Assembly: GCA_021738485.1 (NCBI GenBank)
Contig: JAIPBX010000003.1
Coordinates: forward strand, 1,241 to 65,240
Length of the DNA: 64,000 nucleotides
Direction: 5' to 3'
From: Bacteroidales bacterium
GTDB taxonomy: Bacteria; Bacteroidota; Bacteroidia; Bacteroidales; JAIPAH01
The translations under genes and the position numbers were made by a program. Every line of letters starts with the position of its first letter. Position 1 is the first letter of the stretch. The notes below the pieces were generated by a model, which did not search any database, had not been told where the DNA came from, and worked only from the letters and a program-made list of their open reading frames with translations. Shown here one piece after another: positions 27,780 through 36,002 of the stretch.

Positions 27780-29378
27780 ATGAAAATTGGACGCTTTGAA
27801 ATAAGTGCGGAATATCATCACATTTTTTACATTGTTACTTTATGCTTTGTTTTATTTACTTTGCCTTTCAGCTATCGTGCCATGTCGAGCATAGGCATAA
27901 TTGTCATGACCATAAATTGGTTATTTGAGGGGCAATTCCAGGGGAAACTTCAACGCTTAAAATGTAATCCGGGGATTTGGATCCTGGCTTCTTTTTATTT
28001 GACAGGTGTTTTGGGAGCATTGTACAGTGATAATTTTCAACAGGTCATTCATCACCTTCAAAATGGCCTGGCTTTTTTTATCGTACCTTTTATTGTGGGT
28101 ACCTCCCGGCCTTTGAAATTTAAAGAAGTGCGTTATTTGATTCTTACGCTGACTGCTTCGGTCGTTTTAAACTCTATTGTAAGTTATGCGATTTTGGCAA
28201 ATATTTTGGATGTTGAGGTTACGAATTTTCGACAATATGCTTATTTAACCTCCAATGTTCATCTTTCCTATATGTCTATTATCGCAGTGGCAGCTCTCTT
28301 TTATTTTGTTACCCGAAAGCGAAAGTTATTGAGCCATAAGGAGTACTTGCTGTCCATAGTTCTTATAATCTGGATGACCGGTTATGTCTTTTTTTTGCGT
28401 TCCTTCTCAGGGGTTTTAATCATTTCAGCTCTTGCCTGGTTGCTTTTGGTAAAAAGATCATTAAAAATTGCTTCCCCGGTCAAATATCTTTTTTTGTTGT
28501 TACTCCTCAGTTTACCCCTTGTGCCGCTTTATATTTTTAACCAGATATATACCGGAAATTTTTCAGATTATAGCTTTGAGGCCGACACGCTGTCCCAATA
28601 TACTGCCAAAGGAAATAGCTATACTCACGATACTACGAATTTTCACCTTATGGAGAACGGTCGTTATATTGGCTTGTATCTTTGCGAGAAAGAACTGAAA
28701 CAGGAATGGAATGAAAGAAGCAACATAGTTTATAGTGGAGATGGTAAGAAGGGCCATCCCATACGTAAAACTCTTATCAGGTACATGACGGCCAAACATT
28801 TGAGAAAAGATTCCGCCGGATTTGCTGAAATGACGAAGCAAGACATTCGTAATGTCGAAAATGGGGTCCCTAATCCGCTTTATAAAAAAAACACAGACCT
28901 CTATTATCCGAGGCTCTATACGTTGGCGCAAGCAATTTATTTTTACAAAAAAACGGGTCGCCCTTTCGATTCGGTAACCAAACGCATGGAAGGTTATCGG
29001 GCCATGCTCTCAATCTTTAGTAATAACCCTGTAAGTGGGGTTGGTACCGGGGACATTAAAAATGCATATGACTCCTACTACCAGCAAAAGTATGGCCGGA
29101 TTAAAGGTTTCGTTGGAGGACACAACCAGTATTTAAAATCGTTGGCGACCTTTGGTATTATAGGTTTTGTGTGGTTGATAGTGTCCTTACTGGGATCATG
29201 GATAGTTCAGAAAGGGTGGAAATATACGATGGCTCAGATGATTTTAGTCGTAATATTGCTTTCAATGATCTCCGAAGTGCCTTTTGATCAACAAAGGCCC
29301 GCTATTCTCTTTAGTGTTTTCTACAGCCTGATTCTATTCAGGAAATTGCTGACAGGAGACAAAACCTACGATTTATAG
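27780..29378 (+). CDS. O-antigen ligase/polymerase-like (Wzy_C-type) polytopic membrane protein with a large soluble loop
   Basis: 532 aa. About 10-12 TM segments. A ~170-aa hydrophilic insert, then SGVGTGD...GGHNQYLKSLATFGIIGFVWLI, typical of the O-antigen ligase family. Confidence 0.65.
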   Translation: MKIGRFEISAEYHHIFYIVTLCFVLFTLPFSYRAMSSIGIIVMTINWLFEGQFQGKLQRLKCNPGIWILASFYLTGVLGALYSDNFQQVIHHLQNGLAFFIVPFIVGTSRPLKFKEVRYLILTLTASVVLNSIVSYAILANILDVEVTNFRQYAYLTSNVHLSYMSIIAVAALFYFVTRKRKLLSHKEYLLSIVLIIWMTGYVFFLRSFSGVLIISALAWLLLVKRSLKIASPVKYLFLLLLLSLPLVPLYIFNQIYTGNFSDYSFEADTLSQYTAKGNSYTHDTTNFHLMENGRYIGLYLCEKELKQEWNERSNIVYSGDGKKGHPIRKTLIRYMTAKHLRKDSAGFAEMTKQDIRNVENGVPNPLYKKNTDLYYPRLYTLAQAIYFYKKTGRPFDSVTKRMEGYRAMLSIFSNNPVSGVGTGDIKNAYDSYYQQKYGRIKGFVGGHNQYLKSLATFGIIGFVWLIVSLLGSWIVQKGWKYTMAQMILVVILLSMISEVPFDQQRPAILFSVFYSLILFRKLLTGDKTYDL

Positions 29379-29389
29379 ATTTCGGGAAA

Positions 29390-29420
29390 TTTGCAGAAAA
29401 TGCAAATAAACATACATTTG
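29390..29420 (+). promoter_or_regulatory. Bacteroidota sigma-A type promoter (TTTG-N19-TACATTTG) for the 29492 gene
   Basis: TTTG at 29390-29393, a 19-nt spacer, then TACATTTG at 29413-29420. This is an exact match to the -33/-7 consensus TTTG / TAnnTTTG, about 70 nt upstream of the ATG. Confidence 0.55.
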
Positions 29421-29491
29421 CAGATGTAAATCAATGGCTTACAAGGTTGATTAAATAATAATACAATAGGTTAGTAACAAGATCTGTACAA

Positions 29492-30307
29492 TTGATGGAA
29501 CCGACAATTTTTTGGCATGTAGGTTTGGGAAGAACGGCTACCACATTCATGCAATCCCAGGTATTTCCAAAACTTAAGGGTGTGTACTATATCAGTAAAA
29601 AGAATTTTAAAAATGCTGATGAAATCATTAACCAAACTCATCATAATAAATACCTTCTTTCCCATGAATTTAATCGTGATCTCAACGAAGTGCTTAGAAA
29701 CTTTTCCCGAAAATATCCTGATGCGAGGATTATTATTGTGCTGCGAAAGCACGAAGAATGGATAGCTTCGCACTACCGGCGTGTTGTGAAAAACGGGTCC
29801 CCCTGTCTTTTCAAAGAGTATTTTGATGCTGACAATAATAAGGGGACGTGGAAAATCGACGACTTGTATTATTATCCGAAACTTAAGTGCATTGAAAAGA
29901 ATTTCAATCATAAACCTCTAGTGCTTTTTCATCACGATTTGAAGGAGCGCCCGGAATATTTTTTAAATCAAATACTTAAATATTTAGGCATTAGCCAGTA
30001 TGATCCGATTTCTTTCAAGGCCCGCCATACTTCCTACAAAGATAAAGAGCTGAAATTTCGCCGATGGGTTACCCGTCATACTTTCCTGAAAGAACGAGAA
30101 TATCGAGCCAGACATCTTCGTGGCGGCATGATTCGCTTTATGAATAAAACCTATCGCTATGTTGTTTTATACCTGGCACGTCTCATACCGGATGCCTTGC
30201 TGAGTGATGAACCCCTCATCCCACAGGAAGAACTGGATAAGATTAAAGCTATGTATAAAAACGATTGGGAGCGATGCCAGCAGTATGCCCGTGAAAATAA
30301 TCCTTAG
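29492..30307 (+). CDS. Sulfotransferase-fold protein, paralog family member 3
   Basis: 271 aa. HVGLGRTATTFMQ, IVLRKHEEWIASHY, KPLVLFH, NDWERCQQYA. Closest by eye to member 2. Confidence 0.6.
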   Translation: MMEPTIFWHVGLGRTATTFMQSQVFPKLKGVYYISKKNFKNADEIINQTHHNKYLLSHEFNRDLNEVLRNFSRKYPDARIIIVLRKHEEWIASHYRRVVKNGSPCLFKEYFDADNNKGTWKIDDLYYYPKLKCIEKNFNHKPLVLFHHDLKERPEYFLNQILKYLGISQYDPISFKARHTSYKDKELKFRRWVTRHTFLKEREYRARHLRGGMIRFMNKTYRYVVLYLARLIPDALLSDEPLIPQEELDKIKAMYKNDWERCQQYARENNP

Positions 30308-30348
30308 CATTTGATCTCAATCCTGATATTTTTTTTAGTGATGTGAGC

Positions 30349-30499
30349 GAGGCTGTCCAAAAAGCAAAAATTTTATCCATGAAATAATTCGATACACACG
30401 AATAAAAATTAAAACATAATGATATTCAGCAACTTCCCTTTAGGGAATTTAAGGGTAAAAGTTGCTGAATATCTTTCCGGCCGGTTTTTGGACAGACTC
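30349..30499. repeat. Nested inverted-repeat element between convergent genes
   Basis: Outer inverted repeat: GAGGCTGTCCAAAAA (30349-30363) / TTTTTGGACAGACTC (30485-30499), 14 of 15 complementary. Inner perfect 15-bp inverted repeat: GATATTCAGCAACTT (30421-30435) / AAGTTGCTGAATATC (30459-30473). The inner pair encloses CCCTTTAGGGAATTTAAGGG. Confidence 0.8.
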
Positions 30500-30586
30500 G
30501 GCAAAAATTCCCCAACAACCTTCTCTTAGCCCTCTTTAGCAGGCTTTTGGAGAATATCGCAACAAATGGGGAAAACCCATACAGCA

Positions 30587-31417
30587 TCAGGTAATCTTAT
30601 CATCCGAATTTTTGCGGGCATAATCCAGGCACTTTTGCCAGTCGCGGGCATAATGAGTTTTAATTTCTTCCAGCTCCGCGGGGTCGATTAATGGAATTTC
30701 TTCTGAAGTATCTTTTGGGAAAAGAAAATGCAAATACATGATCAGATGACAAAACATCTTTCTAAAACGTCGTTCAAAAGCGTTATCGTTTTTTATGTGT
30801 ATCCCGTTCCATTTATAAAAAGTTTTTCGGGCAATGTTTCTCACCGTTTTTAACTGATTTTCATTGTATGATACATGTTTTGAAGTGAGTGAAATAGCAT
30901 TGATATCATAATCGGTTCCGGTAAAAGTGGCTATTTTATTGAAAAACTGTCTGGGATGATCTTTAAGCTCTTCGTGGAATAACACAAGGGGTTTGTGGTT
31001 AAACTGCGATTCCAGGTGTTTTATCCGCTCATAAAAATTCAGTATGTTTTTATCCCAACGGCCTTGATTGTTTTTAATATCGATAAACTCTTTGAAAGTA
31101 ATCCCGCGTCCGTTTTTGGTAAGGCGTCTGTATTGAGAGGCGATCCATTTATCATGTCTTCTTAAAACCAAAATCGGATGAGCATCAGGATACTCTTTTG
31201 CAAACTTATTGGTTTCTGCAACAAATTGTCGGTCAAATTCCCTGGAAACAAGATATTTGTTATGGTTGGTGGTTTTAATTATCCGTGATGCTTGATTGTA
31301 TTTTGTGCGTTGGATATAGCAAATGCCTTTGAGCTTAGGGAAGAACTTATATTGCAAATAGGTTGTCCCGGTTTTACCCAATCCGGGATGAAAATAGATC
31401 GCTTTCTTTTGCTGCAT
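30587..31417 (-). CDS. Sulfotransferase-fold protein, paralog family member 4
   Basis: 276 aa. HPGLGKTGTTYLQ, LVLRRHDKWIASQY, KPLVLFH, RDWQKCLDYA. Confidence 0.6.
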   Translation of the reverse strand: MQQKKAIYFHPGLGKTGTTYLQYKFFPKLKGICYIQRTKYNQASRIIKTTNHNKYLVSREFDRQFVAETNKFAKEYPDAHPILVLRRHDKWIASQYRRLTKNGRGITFKEFIDIKNNQGRWDKNILNFYERIKHLESQFNHKPLVLFHEELKDHPRQFFNKIATFTGTDYDINAISLTSKHVSYNENQLKTVRNIARKTFYKWNGIHIKNDNAFERRFRKMFCHLIMYLHFLFPKDTSEEIPLIDPAELEEIKTHYARDWQKCLDYARKNSDDKIT

Positions 31418-31582
31418 GATTATTCCTGTTAAATTTGCTCCGCCATCAATTTTGGTTTTTGTATTGCAAAAGTATCAAAAGCTTTTGGATTCGGAACGAA
31501 CACATGCCGGCAAAGTGCTCTTCAGCCTTGCGTAAAAGGCGTGTTAACCCCGAAATATAAGAAGAGGTTTAAAACAAAGGTA

Positions 31583-32479
31583 ATGAACGAAAAAAAAGAA
31601 TACCGGCGAGGTTTTAGAAATGATTACCGTAAAGGAATGCCTTTACCGGAAATGGTTTATAAAGAGATACTATTTGCTTTCCAGGAATTAGGAAATTTTT
31701 TCAACAATGGTTTCAGATCCAAAACTTTACTTGCTTATCCACACTTTCCCAGCCGCCATTCGGCCCTTTACAAACTGTGTCGGTTTATGAATTATAATAT
31801 GACCAATCGTATTAACCGGAATTTCGATATAGCTATATATTACGAGGATGCCACCCATAGAGAGCAATTTGCCGAGATGGAAGAATTAGCTACACGCAGG
31901 AAAGTTATTAACCTTTATTCAAGAGATATAAGTAAGCAAAATGTAGAGAAACATTTTAGGGAAGTTTTTGGTTATTCCAGCTTTTGCGACCCCACCAATT
32001 TTGAAGGATTTTGTGTTAAAAAGAGTGATGCTAACGCCGCCCATGACGGGGAGGTTGTTCAATGTCCGGTTGATAAAAGGGAACCCGGTTATGTGTATCA
32101 AAAACTGCTGGATAACACCACTGCCGGCCATATGCACGAAGATATACGTATACCGGTGATTGCGGGTCAAATTCCTTATGTTTTCCTGCAATATCGGCTT
32201 CCTGAAAACCGGTTCAGCATTGCCAAAGCGGGCAAGCTAAAAAACTCCCAAGAGGTTCTTTCTGATCAGGAAAAAGAGAAGGTGGTTGAGTTGAGCAGAA
32301 GATTGAACCTGGATTTTGGGGAAATGGATGTTATCCGACACAAAGAGGATAAGAAAATTTATGTGATTGATGTCAATAACACCCCGAGCACGCGCGCCCG
32401 GCTTTTTAGTAAAAAAGCATACCGCCCTTTTCTGGATAAGCAGGCGGAGATTTTTAAACAGGCCTTTGGAGCACCTTGA
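31583..32479 (+). CDS. ATP-grasp-like enzyme of unknown substrate
   Basis: The track ORF starts with GTG at 31541. I prefer the ATG at 31583 (MNEKKEYRRG). Blocks FCVKKSDANAAHDGEVV, YVYQKLLDN, EDIRIPVIAGQIPYVF and FGEMDVIRHKEDKKIYVIDVNNTPS follow the ATP-grasp order (phosphate-binding strand, hinge, Mg-binding end). Confidence 0.45.
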   Translation: MNEKKEYRRGFRNDYRKGMPLPEMVYKEILFAFQELGNFFNNGFRSKTLLAYPHFPSRHSALYKLCRFMNYNMTNRINRNFDIAIYYEDATHREQFAEMEELATRRKVINLYSRDISKQNVEKHFREVFGYSSFCDPTNFEGFCVKKSDANAAHDGEVVQCPVDKREPGYVYQKLLDNTTAGHMHEDIRIPVIAGQIPYVFLQYRLPENRFSIAKAGKLKNSQEVLSDQEKEKVVELSRRLNLDFGEMDVIRHKEDKKIYVIDVNNTPSTRARLFSKKAYRPFLDKQAEIFKQAFGAP

Positions 32480-32630
32480 TAAAAGGTGCAATGTAAAACC
32501 CGGCTGAAATTTTTTACCTGGATGTTATATTTAGTAACTTTCTGTTTATCTGATTAATTTTATGAAAAATGAAAATCAGCTTCTGAAATTTTAAGGAAAG
32601 TATTATAGGAATAATCAGTATGTGAGTTGA

Positions 32631-33407
32631 TTAAAGGTAGTCTAATTCTTTTAATAGAGCGACTATTTGCTGGTTGTTCATAATGTTTTCAACTTCTTTG
32701 TTGTATTCCGGACGCTTCCATTTACCTATGGATTGCGGATGAAGGCTGCTGATTTCATTTTCAAAGAGCGCATTGCTTTTTCGAATGTCGGTATTGTTGT
32801 GCCAGTAATGAATATCGTTGGTATATTCCAAATCAAGAAAACCTAGAAGGTCTTTCATCATATTTTCATAGTTCAGGATCAAATCTTCATATTTTAGCGT
32901 GTATACACAAGGATGATTTTTGTGAGCCAAACCCTTACTCACATCTCCTATCCAACGCTCAGGAGAAACCCATTTTTTCTCCGGTGAATCGGGATGTTTG
33001 GAAAGAAGAACGTCCCTGGCATCTCTGACAATATGAATAAATTTTACCTTCTCATTAAAGTAAGACATAATTTCGGGGATGTGGCGAATATTGGAGGGGG
33101 CTTTGGTGCAAAAGCGCGTTGTTTGGCTCGGAATCCTGTGGGTAAGTACATGGCGATAGAGACGATCAATCCGCGCTGGATAAACTCCGTTGGGCGATTT
33201 TTTCCATTGGTTAAAAGCCCCGATTTCTGAAGGAAAAGCAAAAATTTTATCATGGGCCGAAAGTATTGACATCAACAATGTAGTTCCCGACCTTGCACAT
33301 CCGCCAATGATAATGGGGTTTTGGAAAAATACGCGGTTGAGTTTTCTTTCTCCCAAAGCACTGATTAAGGGACGAAAAAGCTCTTTGAAAAGATATTGCC
33401 TTTGCAT
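32631..33407 (-). CDS. Sulfotransferase family protein (canonical type, unrelated to the four paralogs)
   Basis: 258 aa. 5'-PSB IIIGGCARSGTTLLMS and 3'-PB FIHIVRDARDVLLS. Confidence 0.75.
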   Translation of the reverse strand: MQRQYLFKELFRPLISALGERKLNRVFFQNPIIIGGCARSGTTLLMSILSAHDKIFAFPSEIGAFNQWKKSPNGVYPARIDRLYRHVLTHRIPSQTTRFCTKAPSNIRHIPEIMSYFNEKVKFIHIVRDARDVLLSKHPDSPEKKWVSPERWIGDVSKGLAHKNHPCVYTLKYEDLILNYENMMKDLLGFLDLEYTNDIHYWHNNTDIRKSNALFENEISSLHPQSIGKWKRPEYNKEVENIMNNQQIVALLKELDYL

Positions 33408-33558
33408 TATAGCCTTTTTAAGTGGGTAAAAATATAAAAAATAGCTTGTGTTAGCGCCTCTTAATCACTACTATTGCCTTAATGATTTGGGGAAACAGGA
33501 TGTTTTCGGAAATCAGATTTTATTAATTTTATAGCCTTAAAACAAAAATACATCAGCT

Positions 33559-33771
33559 ATGAATCAAAAGATGCAATACAAATGCCCTAAGTGTGGAAAT
33601 ACGCAGTATCAGGCAGACAAAATGCGGGCTACCGGCGGCGCTTTTGCTAAAATATTCGATGTGCAGAATAAAAAATTCACAACGGTGACCTGCACCAATT
33701 GTGGATATACCGAGCTTTACCGGGGCAATACAAGTTCGGCAGGAAATATTCTGGACTTTTTTACCAGCTAA
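33559..33771 (+). CDS. Zinc-ribbon domain protein
   Basis: 70 aa. CPKCGN...CTNCGYTE pairs. Confidence 0.6.
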   Translation: MNQKMQYKCPKCGNTQYQADKMRATGGAFAKIFDVQNKKFTTVTCTNCGYTELYRGNTSSAGNILDFFTS

Positions 33772-33825
33772 CCTTTTCGTAGGGAAGAATTAGTATTGAA
33801 AAAATAACATTATTACTTTTGCGGC

Positions 33826-35358
33826 ATGGCAAAAAACAGCGAAGATAGATTTAAGAAGATCATAGCCCACGCCAAAGAATATGGTTTTGTCTTTCAGTCC
33901 AGTGAGCTTTATGATGGCCTGAGTGCCGTATATGATTATGGCCAGAACGGCGTTGAGTTAAAAAATAATATCAAGGATTATTGGTGGAAATCCATGGTGC
34001 AGTATCATGAAAATATTGTCGGCCTGGATTCGGCCATTTTTATGCATCCCCGAACATGGAAAGCATCCGGGCATCTGGATGCATTCAATGATCCGATGAT
34101 CGATAATAAGGACTCGAAAAAGCGCTATCGCGCCGATGACCTTATCGAGGAACATATGGAGAAAATCCAGGGAAAAATCGATAAGGAAGTTAAAAAAGCC
34201 CGCAAGCGTTTTGGAGAAGATTTCGATGAAGAAAAGTTTTTGGCAACCAATGAAAAGGTGGTTAAATACAAAGAACAGATTGAATCGATCAACAATCGCC
34301 TGGTTAAGGCCCTGGAAAATGAAAACCTCGGGGATTTAAAGCAACTTATCGATGAACTGGGTATAGCCGATCCCGTTTCCGGAACCAAGAACTGGACGGA
34401 CGTGCGGCAGTTTAATCTTATGTTTGATACACGGCTGGGATCGCTTAATGATGAATCTAACAAAGTTTACCTGAGACCGGAGACGGCACAGGGCATTTTT
34501 GTCAATTATCTCAATGTTCAGAAAACCGGCCGTATGAAAATACCTTTTGGTATTGCCCAAATTGGGAAAGCTTTTCGCAATGAGATTGTGGCGCGGCAGT
34601 TTATTTTTAGAATGCGCGAGTTTGAGCAGATGGAGATGCAGTATTTTGTTCGCCCCGGTACCGAGATGGAATGGTTCGAATATTGGAAAAATGAGCGCGT
34701 AAAATGGCATCGTTCTCTGGGTATCCCCGATGAATATTACAAACTGCATGAGCACGAGAATCTGGCCCATTACGCCAATGCGGCTTATGATATTGAATTT
34801 GCCTTTCCTATGGGATTTAAGGAGCTGGAGGGAATTCACTCCCGGACGGATTTTGACCTATCAGCCCATCAGGAATATTCAGGAAGAAAAGTGCAATATT
34901 ATGATCCGGAAACCCAGGAAAGCTATGTGCCCTACGTGGTGGAAACATCTATCGGTTTGGACCGGTTGTTTCTCAGTGTGCTAACGTATGCCTACGAAGA
35001 GGAAAAGCTTGAGGATGGATCGGAACGCATAGTTATGAAGATTCCCTCGTTTTTGGCCCCCATTAAAGCTGCTGTGTTCCCGCTGGTGCGGAAGGACGGG
35101 CTTCCTGAAAAAGCCCGCGAAATTATTGACAGCCTTAAGTATGACTACAATTGCCATTATGAAGAAAAAGATGCTATCGGCAAGCGCTATCGCCGCCATG
35201 ATGCTATCGGCACGCCTTATTGCATTACGGTAGACCATCAAACACTGCAGGATAATACTGTCACTATCCGTGAGCGTGATAGTATGAAACAGGATCGTAT
35301 TCCGATAGATAATATTTCTCCGATTGTGCAGGAGAGGCTGCGAGAAAACCGGGAATAG
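33826..35358 (+). CDS. glyQS: Glycine--tRNA ligase (dimeric GlyQS type)
   Basis: 510 aa. YDGLSAVYDYGQNGVELKNNI, LRPETAQGIFVN, FRNEIVARQFIFRMREFEQMEMQYF and ETSIGLDRL class II motifs. Confidence 0.9.
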   Translation: MAKNSEDRFKKIIAHAKEYGFVFQSSELYDGLSAVYDYGQNGVELKNNIKDYWWKSMVQYHENIVGLDSAIFMHPRTWKASGHLDAFNDPMIDNKDSKKRYRADDLIEEHMEKIQGKIDKEVKKARKRFGEDFDEEKFLATNEKVVKYKEQIESINNRLVKALENENLGDLKQLIDELGIADPVSGTKNWTDVRQFNLMFDTRLGSLNDESNKVYLRPETAQGIFVNYLNVQKTGRMKIPFGIAQIGKAFRNEIVARQFIFRMREFEQMEMQYFVRPGTEMEWFEYWKNERVKWHRSLGIPDEYYKLHEHENLAHYANAAYDIEFAFPMGFKELEGIHSRTDFDLSAHQEYSGRKVQYYDPETQESYVPYVVETSIGLDRLFLSVLTYAYEEEKLEDGSERIVMKIPSFLAPIKAAVFPLVRKDGLPEKAREIIDSLKYDYNCHYEEKDAIGKRYRRHDAIGTPYCITVDHQTLQDNTVTIRERDSMKQDRIPIDNISPIVQERLRENRE

Positions 35359-35378
35359 ATAAAAAAACCTATTCACCC

Positions 35379-36002
35379 CTATTCGGAAGTCGTTTCCTGT
35401 GAATTATCTTCATCCCCGGAAGAAGGAGGGGGTGGTTGTTTTTCATTATAATCATTCATCGTTCTTTCGATGCCTGCGGCCACGAAAGATTTTATCATTT
35501 CCGTAGCTTTTTTAACTTTCGGAATCATGACTTCTTCCTCTTTTTTTGTCCATGTTCCGAGCACAAAGTCTATCTGCGAACCTTTCCTGAAATTGTCCCC
35601 CACACCTATTCTTAACCGTGGAAAATTACCTGTTTGTAGCACTCGTATAATATCTGCCAATCCATTGTGTCCTCCGTCACTTCCCTTTTTTTTCATACGC
35701 AACAAACCTGTGGGAAGGGCAATATCATCCACTACGGTCAGGGAGTTTTCTAAGGGAATATTCTCTTTCTCCAGCCAATAACGGAGCGCTTTGCCACTAA
35801 GATTCATAAAAGTGGATGGCTTCAGCAAAATCACCTCGCGTCCTTTAATTTTAGTGCGTGCGATATCGCCATAGCGCTCAGGTTTAAAGGATACATTTTC
35901 TTTTTGAGCAAAAGCATCTAACACCACAAAGCCGATGTTATGCCGCGTGTCGGCATACTTTTCCCCCGGATTACCCAAACCGGCGATTAAATATTTTTTC
36001 AT
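35379..36002 (-). CDS. pth: Peptidyl-tRNA hydrolase with Pro/acidic C-terminal tail
   Basis: 207 aa. LIAGLGNPGEKYADTRHNIGF and GSDGGHNGL motifs. Tail is EKQPPPPSSGDEDNSQETTSE. Confidence 0.9.
   Translation of the reverse strand: MKKYLIAGLGNPGEKYADTRHNIGFVVLDAFAQKENVSFKPERYGDIARTKIKGREVILLKPSTFMNLSGKALRYWLEKENIPLENSLTVVDDIALPTGLLRMKKKGSDGGHNGLADIIRVLQTGNFPRLRIGVGDNFRKGSQIDFVLGTWTKKEEEVMIPKVKKATEMIKSFVAAGIERTMNDYNEKQPPPPSSGDEDNSQETTSE

Noticed and set aside
30419-30529. 36-codon ORF (MIFSNFPLGNLRVKVAEYLSGRFLDRLGKNSPTTFS) as a possible sulfated-peptide (RaxX-like) precursor next to the sulfotransferases.
   Set aside because: It is entirely made of the nested inverted-repeat element, and PLGNLRV is the reading of the dispersed hairpin motif. 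It has no promoter box, and its single Tyr is not in an acidic context. It is more likely non-coding.
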